Assembly (NCBI GenBank): GCA_964016885.1
Contig: OZ024742.1
Coordinates: 242,792,001 to 242,856,000, forward strand
Origin: Eledone cirrhosa
Taxonomy: Eukaryota
Reading direction: 5' to 3'
Length of the DNA stretch: 64,000 nt
The notes below the pieces were generated by a model. It was not told where the DNA came from. It worked only from the letters and a program-made list of their open reading frames with translations, and made no database searches. Position numbers and translations under genes: made by a program. Positions within the stretch are counted from its first letter, which is position 1; each line of letters begins with the position of its first letter. This document shows, one piece after another, positions 27,040 to 41,886 of the stretch.

Positions 27040-27580
27040 TGATGGCTGCTCCCTCGTTATCGAGTATGGCCATTGCACGATATACCATTATTAATAATTA
27101 TTAATTAATTCTATTGTGCAATGCCTGTGCGTGAAGATATTTTTTAAAGTGAGGAAAGACTGTAAACTGAGCCAATCCCACTCTCTGAGCGACAGTAGCT
27201 ACGTATAACCCGAAAAGAAGAAAAGATCAACATCATCGGTAACTACTGAGCCGCAGGTTTTATATCGGAGTTATCCCAGTTTCCTGAGTTGCCTTCTCCT
27301 AGAAGAATGCCCTGACAAAGGCTAGGGGTCCTTCACTCCCAGTGGTTTAACCGCGCGGTACATGTGTATATACATATTTACATTTTCGGATGGCCGTTGA
27401 CTTTTATGAGTTCTTCCGCTCTTTGTCAGGTTTTGTTTTTTGTCTTGCAGGGTGTCCAAAATCACCCTCCTCACCAAGTAAACTTGGTGGGGTTGCCGGT
27501 TTAGTCGCCAACGACCCGACATGCGACAGGTTGTACTGGGTTACATGTTACCAATAGCACTCAAGAGTGACTCGACAAGA
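27040..27580 (-). mobile_element. Short non-autonomous RTE-like element in (TACA)n
   Basis: Minus strand carries an RTE 5'UTR-like CTAGGAGAAGG..AACTC motif and ends ccatactcgataacgaggg..cagccatc(ATGT)n. Copies at 28352-28870(-), 26568-26975(-), 27615-27656(-) and about 20035-20272(+). Confidence 0.7.
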
Positions 27581-27812
27581 TACATACAAGATACATACAA
27601 ACATACATACATACATGATAGCTGCCCCCTCGTTATCGAGTATGGCCATTGCACGAGAAAAAAAACATAATAATAAAAATAATAATAATAATAACAACAA
27701 TAATAATAACGACAACAACAACAACAATAATGATATACATATATATATATATGTATATACACACACGTGCACACACATAAACATATCTACATACACACAC
27801 ACAGGATAGCAA

Positions 27813-28345
27813 TTAACAGCGCTGCGATCGAATGTGGCTTTTTAGCCCAGCCAATGTTCTAAAATGTCTTGCACAGAGTCGGCAACCAAAACATTCACTG
27901 GGAATAGTCGGCTGTGGTTGGAGTTCATGCACTTTTGCATGTCGTTTGAGCCCTCCTGCTGATTTACATTCTCTACCACATGTTTGGCAAGCATGATGAG
28001 TAGCATCTCCAACAGCAGCCTGGTAGTCAACCACTGGTCTTACTTTATGACTGCGAAGATGACTTTCGAGTCCAGCTTTGCTTAGACAGAGTCTCGCACA
28101 GATGTTGCATGTCAGCGCCATAGGAGGACCTTCGCCGTCTGGAAATGCAACAGCAATGCCCTTCCTCACATCCCGCTTTACTTTCTCGTATGCGATTCGA
28201 GATTCCTCAGAGGCAACTTTTCCCTCATATACAATCTTTTTCCATTTATTACGATCAGCAGCAACATTTTCCGATGTATCAGCAGAGATCTTAGCGTCTT
28301 TCAAAGAGGCTTTCAAGGAATCCTTACACCTCTTTTTTTGGTTTA
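27813..28345 (-). mobile_element. RTE-clade LINE ORF 3' end with three C2H2 zinc fingers
   Basis: KKRCKDSLKASLK...AADRNKWK, then CNIC..H..H, CQTC..H..H and CRLC..H. Confidence 0.8.
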
Positions 28346-29293
28346 TACATGATGATGGCTGCCCCCTCGTTATCGAGTATGGCCAATGCACGATATACCA
28401 TTATTAATAATTATTAATTAATTCTATCGTGCAATGCCTGTGCATGAAGATATTTTTTAAAGTGAGGAAAGACTGTGCACTGAGCCAATCCCACTCTCTG
28501 AGCGACAGTAGCTATAACCCAAAAAGAAGAAAAGATCAACATTATCGGTAACTACTGAGCCGCAGGTTTTATATCGGAGTTGCCTTCTCCTAGAAGAATG
28601 CCCTGAAAAAAGGCTAGGGGTCCTTCACTCCCAGAGATTTAACCGCGCAGTACATGTCTCTGTACATATTTACACAATTTCGGATGGCCGTTGACTCTTA
28701 TGACTTCTTCCGCCCTTTGTCAGGTTTTGTTTTTTCTCCTACAGGGTGTCCAAAATCACCCTCCTCACCAAGTAAACTTGGTGGGGTTGCCGGTTTAGTC
28801 GCCGACGACCCGACCATACGACAGGTTGTACTGGGTTACATGTTACCAGTAGCACTCAAGAGTGACCCGACATACATACATACATACATACATACATACA
28901 TACATACATACATACATACATACATACATGCATACATACATACATACATACGGAGGGTTATATTAATTTACTCAATGAATTGTAACAGAAATAGAGCTAA
29001 AAAAAAGGAATGAATATATATAAATTGGATTTGAATTCATTTTTTCAGTACATGCCCGAATGTGGATATTGAACAAAGTAGCAAAGCCATGTTCAAATAT
29101 ATGTTCATACATACACAGACACACACACACATACACACACACACACATATATATATATATACGTGTGTATGTCTGTATGTACTTATATATATATATATAT
29201 ATATGAGTGCGTGTGTGTATGTATATGCATATATATTTATACATATATAAGTATCTGTATATATGTATACTTATACGTATACATATATATGTA

Positions 29294-29430
<137 letters not shown>

Positions 29431-29443
29431 GTATATATATATA

Positions 29444-29521
<78 letters not shown>

Positions 29522-29534
29522 CATATACATATAC

Positions 29535-29786
<252 letters not shown>

Positions 29787-29806
29787 ATATATACATATAC
29801 ATATAC

Positions 29807-29847
<41 letters not shown>

Positions 29848-31879
29848 TATATACATATATATATATATCTGTGTATACATATATATTCATAGATGTATGT
29901 ATAAATATATATACCTACATACATATACATATACGTATATATATATGTGGGGGAGAGAGGGGGAGAGGAATGAATGTTGAAACATTACCCATTAATCATA
30001 GTTAAATTATGCGAAACACGTCAACAAACCTGACAAGTAGGTAAAGTTTAATTGTTTTCTTCTTTTCAATCATTGTTGTTTTATCCATACTGAAGCACCC
30101 CCACAGATTCCTACACTATTTTAATTATTCTTGGCACACTTGCTTCGTCTGTTCTATCTCCCAGCCACTATGTGTTCGCTTGATCTAGTAGAAATAATAA
30201 CCAAATCTTGTTCCGTGTTTAACCAGCAGTCTATGTGATAGATAAATGTACTATATAAACAACCCTTTGTTTAATAATATGCGAGAAACGAAGATGAGAC
30301 GGTTACGATTCGAAAGTTGAAAAGTTGACTTACAAAAACGATCTACAAGGAACATGCTGTCATCGCTATAGAAATATCTCATCTAAAGATCTAAAGATCT
30401 AAAGTCTGTCTTAAGCCAGAAGGCTCGTTAGACCGGTGCTTATGTCGGTTTCATGGCGTGAAAGACTGAGAGTACAAGACCAACACTCCTGGACAGGACG
30501 TCAGTCCATCGCAGGGTTAAACTCCCATCTATTGCTGAATCCTCAATTTCAGCTGAGTATACTGGAGCAACGTGAAATGACGTGTTTTGCACAAGAACAC
30601 AACACGCAAACCAGCCCAGTAATCGAACCCACGATATTTTTGATTGTAAGTCCAACGCCCTTGGTACTAGACCACGCGCCTCCAGACAGAAATATAGAAA
30701 TATACCGAAATGAAATCTAAAAGCGACGAATCTGCATGAAACAACGGTTGGCCAATTGTGGGTTGATGAGGCTATTTAACCCATAATTGGGGTGGATGAT
30801 CGTGGACTCTCAGGAGTTCGTCCGTCCTTTAACAACTCATGTTTGTTTGTGTGTTGTTGGTGTTCCACTTACCTCCCTCACTAGACCAAGAGTCTTGTGA
30901 GTGAGCCGGTTTAGTCACCAACCACTTGACCATGAAGCAGGTTGCACTGGATTACATGGTGCCAGTTGAAAGCAGAAGACTGACCTGGCTTCATAATATT
31001 TATAATTGTTTCTACTTTTGGCACAAGGCCAGCAATTACTCCGGTACATTACTGCTACTTTATTTTATCGACTCTGTAAGAATGAAAGGCAAAGTTAACC
31101 TCGGCGAGATTTGAACTCAGAACATAAAGGGCCATAACTCTATGCTGCAAAGCATAGTATCTAACTATCTACCGATACTGCCATCCACGGCCCTTTATAA
31201 TATTTAAAATATTGTTGTGTTTGCTACGACATGCGTTCGAGTGTTACTAATATTATGTATCGAACTAAATCGAATATTAACAACCTTAACTATGAAAAAA
31301 ATCAGAAACTTAAATGTTTAACATAATGAAACAATGTTATTAATATCTTTTAATATATCCTTGAAACTAGAAATAGAAATTTCTATAAAACCTGGGCTTT
31401 CTGTGGACCAGCTAATATAAAACATCTTGCATTTCAGGACATAGATACCACAGATGTCGCTCGATTATTAATAAAATGAGACGACACACTACAAATGCAG
31501 ACATCTTAAATAAATGCCAACAACATCTAACACTTTAACTTAATAAATAACATATTACTACAGACGACACCAGCTACCCTCTTCTGCTCAATTCACTTAG
31601 CTATCATAAACATTGACAAACAATCCCCTGACTCCACTCTGACCACCAACATGTCATCACCACAATACATTCACACATCAAGGAACAACGCAAAAATAAA
31701 TTTACAAATTTCAAATAAGCCCAATGGAACTATTTCTACCTGAAAACAGAATCAAGTTTTTCACAATTAAATGACACTACAATCAAAATTCTAGACGATT
31801 ATATATATGTGTGTGTGTGTGTGTAAATGTGTGTGAGTGTGCGTGCGTGTGTATGTATGTATGTATATATGTGTGTGTG

Positions 31880-31935
<56 letters not shown>

Positions 31936-32086
31936 AGAGAGTGTGGTAAGATACCAGGTGGGCCATAATCCACCAAAGTACTCGATACTTGGGTAATATG
32001 AAAAGATTCAGGACCCCGACGGCTGAGCTCCGGCCATTTAGATAGCTATATATATATGTGTGTGTGTGTGTGTGTATTAAATTTTG

Positions 32087-32136
<50 letters not shown>

Positions 32137-32448
32137 CAAAATTTAATATAAAAATGCAGCTCCAACTATACAAAAGAGATAGTCAACCTAATAAAAGTAA
32201 GAGATAACCTCAAACACAATACACCGGGTCTACACTCAACAGAAATAAAACTCTTCATCTAACGATTAAATAATATACTGAAAAACAGTAAAAAAGCTAT
32301 CCATTATTTGTATCCATCTTTAACCACAAAATAAGCTGTGTAACACTATATACTAGCAACATCAACGACATCAACATCATGACACTATAGCAATTCAAAT
32401 TACGTAGCCACTCTCCAAAGCAAGGCACGACTTTATTATATGCATATA

Positions 32449-33046
32449 CTAGCAGTGGTACTCGGCGTTGCACGGGATAAGGTATTGTGAAATATATAAC
32501 CGCCCTAGCTAAGCTTAGTATTGCCACAACCACGACTGGCAAAGAAGTAAGGGTCTGGTGGTACGTAAGTAAGCAACACTGTGGCTTAAAACGTGAGGAA
32601 GAAGTTGTGTGCACTGACCAACTGTTTGGGGAATGAGTGTGAGATTTGTCTTGAGCAAGGGTGGCAGAATAACCGGATGCAGCAGACAGCCAGACATACA
32701 TACAGATATTATAAGGGCGCGTTCTGGACGCAGAGCGAATTGTAGGAAGTGACGTAATGCAGACAGCCAAACATACAGACAGATATTATAAGGGCGCGAC
32801 GTTATATGTATGTATCTATCTAAAAAGAGAAAGACTAAGAATTATAGAGAGAGATCGCTAAATCGCCTAATGCGGTCCCTAGGGCATTGAAAATTTGAAA
32901 TTCTTTGGGCTCAGAACACTCCCTGAAACATAAGTATGTATTACATGTGTAAAGTTTGAAAACAGTCGGTTGGGTGGTTCTCTAGTTTTAGGGATTCAAA
33001 CTCACACACACACACAGACAGACATCCTCAATTTTATATATATAGA
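32449..33046 (-). mobile_element. Non-autonomous Helitron-like element
   Basis: Minus strand starts TCtatatatataaaattgaggatgtctgtc and ends cccgtgcaacgccgagtaccactgCTAG|t. Confidence 0.75.
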
Positions 33047-34252
33047 CAAGGCCAGCAATTACCCAGTACATTACTGGTACTTTATTTTATCGACCCCGTG
33101 AGGATGAAAGGCAAAGTTAACATCGGCGGTATTTGAACTCAGACCGTAAAGGGACGTAACTCCATGCTATGAAGCATGGTGTCCGACTCTCTACAGATTC
33201 TGCCAATCCACCGCCCTAATGTCTGTCCGTAATGAGGGAGTGAGAGGGGAGAGAAAGAAAGGCCGAGGTGAAGTGACGAAGTGACTCTCTCCTCCTCCTC
33301 CTCCTCCTCCTCCATCTCCCCATTCGTCACAGCGATAGAGAGGAGGAATGTTAGTGTGTTACAAAGAGAAAGAGTGAGAGTGAGAGAAACAGACAGACTA
33401 AAAGAGAGGGATAGCTGGAGAGAGAGAGAGATAGCAACCACGCGCGCACGTGTTTCCAATGTCGGACAGACAAACAGATAAATTGTTGGTTATATATTAT
33501 AAGGAGATGATCTTATTATTCCTGAGAGAGTTGTAAGGGCGCCGTATTGACATACGGCGTTTCTTAGATATTTTTTAACCTGGCCGAGCCTACCCCCCTA
33601 CCCCCCTCTCCAGGTCTTAATACAGCAGATGTCTTCCAGAAAAGGATAAAGAGTGAGAGAATAGAATTAAGAAATGGATATAGAGGAAGAATCGAATTGT
33701 ACTTTTTTATCGATCTCGAAAGGCAAAGTTCGAATGATACTTTTTTATCGAATTGTACTTTTTTTGTCGATCTATTAAGGCAAAGTTCGAATGGTTCTTT
33801 TTTTATCGATCTTGAAAGGCAGAATTCACCTACGTGGGATTTGAACTTAAGAGTAGAGAGCAGAAACGAAAGCCGCAAATGATTCTATCCGACGTTCCAA
33901 CGACTCTGCCAATTCACCGCCTCGAAACGACTTTATTTACCTAGGGTTAAATCAGAATTTGATTTCTCTGGATTGTGTAAAAGAAATAATAGTCATACAC
34001 TTGATTAAAGTAGCTATACTCCTCTCCAATAAATTTCTGGATTTATAACAAATTATGTTACTTTTGTATGTGTAGTATGTCTATTATTAGATATTACTAT
34101 AATTCTCGTTCTGAAATGTATCATATGTTATTGCAGCAATAACTTTTCATTATACTTTTAGAAATACAGTATCAATAAATTACCATTTTATTGAAATCAC
34201 AACAAAATTGCTAAAGTGTTGAAGAATAAATTCAAATGGTCTTTACTTTCTG

Positions 34253-34350
<98 letters not shown>

Positions 34351-34510
34351 AGAGAGGGGGGGGAGGGGGAGGGAGAGGGAGAGAGGGGGAGAGAGAGAGA
34401 TTATAATATAATATATATATATATTTGTAGTAAGGTTGCTTGGATGCGTCCATAGGCGGTATGCCGGTTGAGCACTCTATGCTCCTTCAGACTTGCTTCG
34501 AAGACGCTAG

Positions 34511-34607
34511 ACGTATCTGAGGAACTTGAGAGCGAATCCAGAGTCACGTTCCACCCACAAAGAGATCGTACCTCTAGCTGTTCGCCTTAGAAACAATTGT
34601 AATACGT
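34511..34607 (+). ncRNA. Hammerhead ribozyme with long stem II insertion
   Basis: acgtat-CTGAGGA-(long imperfect stem, gcgaa/ttcgc)-GAAAC-aatt-GTA-atacgt. The stem II closure is imperfect. Confidence 0.6.
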
Positions 34608-34668
34608 TAATAAATTGTGTTTAGATGCATCACTGATTCTTCGTTTCCATATTATATATATATATATT

Positions 34669-34701
<33 letters not shown>

Positions 34702-34710
34702 GGGGGGGGG

Positions 34711-34764
<54 letters not shown>

Positions 34765-35386
34765 GAAGTTGGAAATAGCACGGAAAACATATTTTAGGGT
34801 CTGTTTTTATTTTTTTTTTTTTCTTATTTCTTTGATTCGTCAAAGTGGTGGATTGGCAGTATCGGTAGAGGGTCGGACGCCATGCTTTGAAGCATAGAGT
34901 TGCGGCCCTTGACATTCTGAGTTCAAATCCTGCCGAGGTTAACTTTACCTTTCATCCTTACGGGGTCGATAAAATAAAGTACCAGTAATAAAGTACCAGT
35001 AATGCATGGGATAATTGCTGGCCTTGTGCCAAAAATTGAAACAATTATTGAAAAGATGACATTATTGAAAAAATGAGAGGGACAGTCCTTTTTTTTTTTA
35101 AATGTTATAATGTATATAATGTATATAATGTATATAAAGTATTACCAGTTTCGATGTATTATTAAAATCCATCTTATCAAATGTTGAGTATTACAATTAA
35201 AAAGAATTAATAGGAATTAAAAACTAAAAATTAAAGATTTAAAATTAAATGTTGGAGTAAGTTTTTTCCCATCTTCCTTGCTCAGAAGTGAACATAAGCT
35301 TGGTAGATATACCAAAGTTTGGAGCTCCCAGTTGATAGATTATAATCTAAATGATTAATTATATTTATATATATATAAATAAATAA

Positions 35387-35438
<52 letters not shown>

Positions 35439-35442
<4 letters not shown>

Positions 35443-36310
35443 GTCCCCACGTCACCAACACCACCACCTTCCAGGGTCCCAACGGCCACTCTCTCTCTGT
35501 CCGGCACGCCTTCCGGTGCACCTCCTCCAACCTAGTCTATGGACTTCGCTGCACGGAGTGTAGCGCAACCTACGTCGGACTGACTGGACGTCGCCTGGCG
35601 GACCGTTTTACCGAACAGCTCCGGGATATTCGTCTCGGCGGTAGTTCCCCCATCGCCCACCACTTTGGCGCCCCTGGACATTCCGCGCACCATCTCACAG
35701 TCTGTGGCCTACTCCAATGCCACGGAACACCCGCCACCCTCCTCAGGGTTGAACAACGCACCATCTTCACCCTACAGATCCACATTCCCCCCGGCCTGAA
35801 CTCCCCACCCCTATTCCTTTAGCCTTCGACCGCCCTATTACCCCCCCCCACACACACACACACATATATCCCCCACTAACACCACTAACACACTCCTCCT
35901 TTTCACCCCCACCCCACAACTAACAATACTAACACCCCACCCCACCCCCGACCACCCTCCCCCAACTAACAATACTAACGTCCTTTCCCCCTTCAATTAT
36001 TTTTGACCGTTGGTCAGTCAATGGCAACATTGAGGACCGAGTAAATTAGATTACCGATATAAAAGACACAGAAGCGAGAAGCGAAAACCAACCAAACAGT
36101 GAGTGTGTTCTGTTATTAATTCTGGCAATATTACACAAATATGACCTTAAAATGACAGATTAAAGTTTAAGCAAAGAATCGCTGCTTACACCCTTAACGG
36201 GATCTTCTGAGTCATTTTAATAAATATTTGCTCCACGGTTCTTATATATTTGATATATATTTATCCTTATCGAGCCCTCTTTGGATTTTAGTCTTCAAAT
36301 TTATTATTAT

Positions 36311-36313
<3 letters not shown>
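35439..36313 (+). mobile_element. Second, GC-rich PLE family: 5'-truncated GIY-YIG fragment plus 3' region, in (TA)n
   Basis: Manual translation gives ICPHV..FRCTSSNLVYGLRCTECSATYVGLTGRRLADRFTEQ..IAHHF..RVEQRTIF, then a frameshift and PPGLN to the stop at about 35822. Not in the ORF track. Confidence 0.85.
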
Positions 36314-36401
<88 letters not shown>

Positions 36402-36405
<4 letters not shown>

Positions 36406-37420
36406 CCTTCTGATTGATGAAAATGGCTCACTCCATGACAATGCTAAAACCATGGGTGAGATACTGCAGAAACAATACTGCTCTGTTTTCAGCAATGCTG
36501 ATATGGATGATCTGCACTGTATCAGTGATGTTAATCCCCAACACACTATATCGGACATAACCCAGCAGTAGGCCCTGATAGTTTACCTGTTTATGTCCTG
36601 AAGGTGTGTCGACACCAACTTACATTTCCTCTAGTTAATCTGTGAAGGAACTCACTAGACGCTGGCTACATACCTGAAAACTTTCGGTCTCAGTCTGTAG
36701 TCACGGGTTTCAAAAAGGGAAACAAGTCATTTGTAGTGAATGTGAATTAGCGTCCGATCTCACTCACCTCTCATAACATTAAGGTATTTGAGAGGGTGGT
36801 GAGACCGCGAATAACTCACTTTCTTGAAAGCAACAATCTGCTGAACTCCAGCCAACATGGGTTCCGTAATGGGAGAGACTGCCTAACGCAGCTCCTGCAT
36901 CACTTTGATGACATTTTAAGAGTTTGGGAGAGGGCTACAACACTAATGTCATCTACCTTGATTTCACAACATTCTACTGAAAAACCTATCCAACATTGGT
37001 GTCTCTGGAAAGTTACTGCAATGGATCAACTGTTTCCTGACAAACAGAGCCCAAAATGTTGTAGTCGAAGGAGTACAATCAAGCCCAGCCAAAATCAGTA
37101 GTGGCGTTCCACAAAGCACTGTGTTGAGCCCACTTCTTTTCATTCGCTATATAAATGACATTACTGATGTCATCAAGCACAGCGACATAAGAACCTTTGT
37201 AGATGATTCCAAGCACCAGAAGGTCATCAATGGAGTGGGTGACCGGACATGCATTCAATCAGATCTAGTTTCTGTTATCCAATGGGCGGGGAAAAAATAA
37301 TATGTTGCTGAACGAGGATAAATTCGAATTAATCCACTTTGGAAAAGAGGATGCACTGAAACTCTCATATTCTCTTCCCTCAGGTAAAATTCACGTGGCA
37401 TCCAACAACATCAGAGACAA
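36402..37420 (+). mobile_element. Degenerate CR1-group LINE RT fragment
   Basis: PISLTSH, QHGFRNGRDC, SGVPQSTVLSPLLF and FVDDSK across frameshifts and stops. Confidence 0.75.
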
Positions 37421-39745
37421 CGGGAGCATGGCTGTATGATTATGGTGTCCGCTTAGATACCACGTGGTTCTGGTTTCAGTCATGCTGTTCGTTTTCATTT
37501 GTGTCTCCTCTCTTGAACGGAAAGCTTGCTGCCTGATTGCACCACCACAGTAGGCAATGACTAGACTCCATCTGATCCATAATTAGGGATCAGATAGATC
37601 ATATTCTATCAACTCTGGTGTGCTCCAAAGTTTGGTATATCTACTAAGCATTTCGTTCGGTACAATAACGATCTACTTGCCTCAAGTATCATTCATGTGC
37701 AAACAAGTCAACCGGGACCAAATATGCACTCCCTCTATAAGCAGAAAAACTTATTCGACTGAAAACATATTACTCATCTTTTTCCATTTCTTAGGGGGTT
37801 CTAACCCCACTATCAGGCTAAAATTTCTTTAGTCAAGAAATACGGCGAAAGCTTCTATTTCTAATTTCAAACTCGCTCGCTGTTTCAAAAATATACTTAC
37901 TTGTCATGGCAATATTGTTTCATTGTTTCATTCAACAGTACAAAGTCACAATCACTGATCATATAAAAGCATAATATTGTATTTACCGCTGTGTTGTCTT
38001 AGACAATTAAACCCCCTAGAATTAACTTACGGTATTTTCTGGCGACCATACATGCGTAACATATCTAAAGTCGCATCCCAAATAATAGCTTTTCCTATCT
38101 GTACCAGAAACTATTTCAATTCTGATCAGCTGCTAAGCCTCTATAACTCTCATATAAGACCTCCAATTTAGTATTCCGTCCAAAGCTCTGGCGGTACTTT
38201 TTAGACCACATCAAAAAATTCCATTCAACTGATTCTCAAATACTTATGCATTCATCATACTACAGCCTTTGGACCGCAATCTCCTTTCTTTGATTATTGG
38301 ATCATGACTACAAGGGTTTCTGCTCCTCTGAACTATCTCTAGATGATTCAGTCTTCTGTTTAAGCATGGTGAATCTAAGGCTGTCCAATGAATCTTTCCA
38401 ATTTGGTGGAAGGGTAAAGTCGATTAAATCGACCTCTGTGCGTTACTGGCACTTTATTTTATCGAACCCGTAAGGATGAAAAGCAAAGCTAACCTTGGTG
38501 GGATTTGAACTCAGAATGTGAAAGGGACTTAACTATATGCCGCAAATCATGTTTCTGACGCTCCACTGATACTGCCAATCCACCGCCTTAAAATATGCCC
38601 TAATAATAACCATGAGATCCATGTTGGCAATAACTACACCAAAAACGGGGATTACCATGAAAAAAGTGCCCCAAAACCGAGAGAAATTAGGCAAAACTGA
38701 TGAGATTTTACATAATGAAAGCTATACCTATTTTCACAAGAGAAGATATCTCTCACCCACCCCCAAAATGGGTGGGAGATGACCCCGTCGGGCGGGAAGA
38801 GTTGACATACGGTAGTATATGCAATAGCTATTGTTCCTGGTGATGTGATTTCTTGTTTAGAGGTTGAATATACATTCTATTTAGCTCAGTATCTAGTACA
38901 AAATTGACAAACTGTCTCCAAAGTTTACTCCTAAAAAATGAGGATATTAAATCCAATTTAAGTTTTCAATACAGGAATATATTTATATATATTTAAACAC
39001 GTCGTGAAAGAGATTTTGTGCTAGAGCCTAAGGCTATGTGAGAACAGAAAAATTGAAATATGTAAAGGTATACTTTGTAGTAGTAGTAGTAGTAGTAGTA
39101 ACTCGACATTAAGCCGTGTTTTGAAACTACCAGTTACACTGTAGAAGTCATTCCAGTCATTTAAACACACAAATTTTAACTTAGTTTTGTGGAGGTGTCA
39201 ACATTTTTGTTGCACATCTGGTCACTGACATAATTCTACTGCAATTGGTGAAAATTAGTTTACTGGTGTGTTTTTATAAACCTTGGGACTTTCTTTACTT
39301 TCCTTTGTACTTTCTGTTTTGTTTTGTTTTTCTTGTTGACACTTCCGACCTCGGGGACTACAGTATAATTGCTGTTTGTCCTTTTAGCGTGGGCAACTGT
39401 TAGTCACTTTTAGGTTCTATTCTTCTGTTTGTATAAATGTGTTATATTACTACTTACCGTTCCACCTTTTTTTTATTTTCTTCTTTCCTCCTCCTTTTGT
39501 TATGGTGGTTTATTTTTGAACGCATGAAAACTTCGTTCGTCATGTTATATATGAAGTATGTTGAAATATCTGTTTATAGAACAGATTTTATTGGATTTGT
39601 GATTTTTAACTGTATAGTAGAGAAAACAAAGGGAACAAATAATAATTTAGAAACATTTCAACAGATATGTGCCAGAAAGGTAACAGGATTTAACTTGCTG
39701 TGTGAGCTATAGTGGGGCAGGGATTTCAACAGATATAATTACACA

Positions 39746-40545
39746 TACGAGGTATGCCAGAAAGGTAACAGGATTTAACTTGCTGTGTGAGCTGTGAGTG
39801 GGGCAGGGATTAGCGAGTTTCGTTACCATGTGACGTAGTATCAGGGGAGTATATAACTGCGATCTCAGCTCTCTGAAGCCATTGTATCTTTTTACACGTG
39901 TTTTTGTTAACAGCTTCTCAATTTTAGGCCGTCGAGCGATGGGCACAGACCAACGAACCAGCCTGCAGTTTCTGATCCGGCTGGAGAAAACTCCGTCAGA
40001 AGCACTCGGAATACTGCAGCAAGTGAACGGAGATGAGACGATGTCGGGCTCGAGGGTTTTGGAGGGGCACAAAAGGTTGAAAGAGGGACGTGGAAGGCTA
40101 CCCCAGGGACGGAAGGCCTTCAACGTGTAGGACTGAAGCCAATATTGGGTGCGTGAGGCAGGTAGGAGGACGATGATCGTCGGCTGACTCTTCAAATGAT
40201 TGCAAGTGAGTTGGTCATGAACCGCGACTGCGTTTGGAAGATTATCACCGAAAATTTGGGGCATGCGGAAGATATGTGCTAAGATGGTGCCAAAGCTGCT
40301 GAATGTTGACCAGAAGGAATGGCACATATAGGTGTCTCGGGACATCCTCGAGTGTCTTGAAACCGAACCAGACATGCTGGGGAGAGTCATTGCTGGTGGT
40401 GGCCACCAACAGGATCTGTTTTCCGGAAGTGGACGCCATCAAGATGGCTGTGGGGACGAAGCTTCGGAGAATCCCGGGAGAATCTTTCAGAGAGTGCATC
40501 GAAGCGTGGCAGAGAAGGATGGGAAAATGCGTTAGATTCGAGCAT
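39746..40545 (+). mobile_element. Internally deleted mariner transposon
   Basis: TA+CGAGG-type end, HTH region QRTSLQF..LEKTPSEA, and LGMRKICAKMVPKLL. The left end is locally duplicated at about 39667-39725. Confidence 0.8.
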
Positions 40546-41629
40546 CTTATCTAATTCCCAATTGAGTGTGAAATCTACAAAAGTTATACTAACCAACTTA
40601 TTGCTATCGTACCATGTACTGGCTTTGGCTATTTCAATAGCATTGCTAAGCACTTCTTTATAAAACTTCTTACAGCTCCATTCTTTAGAATATTTTCAAA
40701 CTTTTCCTTAGATCATTTATAGATTCTAAGCTTATCGTTTTATGAGAGCTACGTTGCATGTATGCAATGAGCAGACGACAAAATATGGTATTTACACGCG
40801 TGATAGACTTTTATATACCTGTACTACCTTTCATTCTACTGATATCGACGAAATGCCTGACTCCCCAATTCGAGAAATAGGGCAAGAGGGCAAGATGACA
40901 GCAAGCAGAGCTTTGGAAAGCCGAGCCCTATTGAATAAAACACTTAATTCACTCTTTCTCTCACATTCTACCAAGTTCATGCCATTTGTTCTGCTAGAGG
41001 AAGATGAAGTTATTCCCCGAAATTAGTTTGCTCTATTTAAATTTTGCATACAATTAGATGGTGGTGATGCGGAATTTCTCTGTGAAACAGAGTTTGCAAG
41101 ATCTGTTCTTAAATGTCTCAGGTTTATCTATTACAATCCCTATGACGTTCATGATCTCTTTGTTTCTCAGTTTTCATATTTACTTTGAAAGTGCTGAAGT
41201 GTTTTCCAGGGATCAAAGATGAATCGATCTGCTGTAAATAATGCTTGTTGCGAGACATTTAATTTTAGGAAGAAAAGCTCTATGTTCTGGCAAATGCATG
41301 TCGGCCCTATTCGCCCTAGGTTTATTGCAAGGTGACCACTAATGGCATTCGACTTATTTTCATACAGATTTACGGGGTCAACTGAAGGTACCGACAAGTC
41401 GAGCAGCCGTCCGAGACGCCAAATTTTAGAGTGTGCAAAGTCATGTGTTTGGAATCGTCAAAATACAGAAGCAAAAGAGAAAAAATATTAAATAAAATGA
41501 AATACATACGAAATGTGAAAATTCTTAGAATTCGTTTCATCTACAGATCAACTCTCTAACCTCCGCTCAGGAGGATAGGTCTGAGTTTATAACAAAAATG
41601 TGTCAAGATCATTGTCAGTAACGTAAATA

Positions 41630-41686
<57 letters not shown>

Positions 41687-41695
41687 ACACACACA

Positions 41696-41738
<43 letters not shown>

Positions 41739-41855
41739 ACACACACACACATTCTTTCTCTCTCTCTCTCACACACTCACACACACACACTCTCTCTCAC
41801 ACACACACACACACACACTCTCTCTCCCCTCTCTATCTCCCCTCTCTATCTCCCC

Positions 41856-41886
<31 letters not shown>

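Noticed and set aside
40742-41460. Unique-looking stretch with short ORFs on both strands
   Set aside because: No recognisable domain or convincing splice sites, so a gene call cannot be supported.
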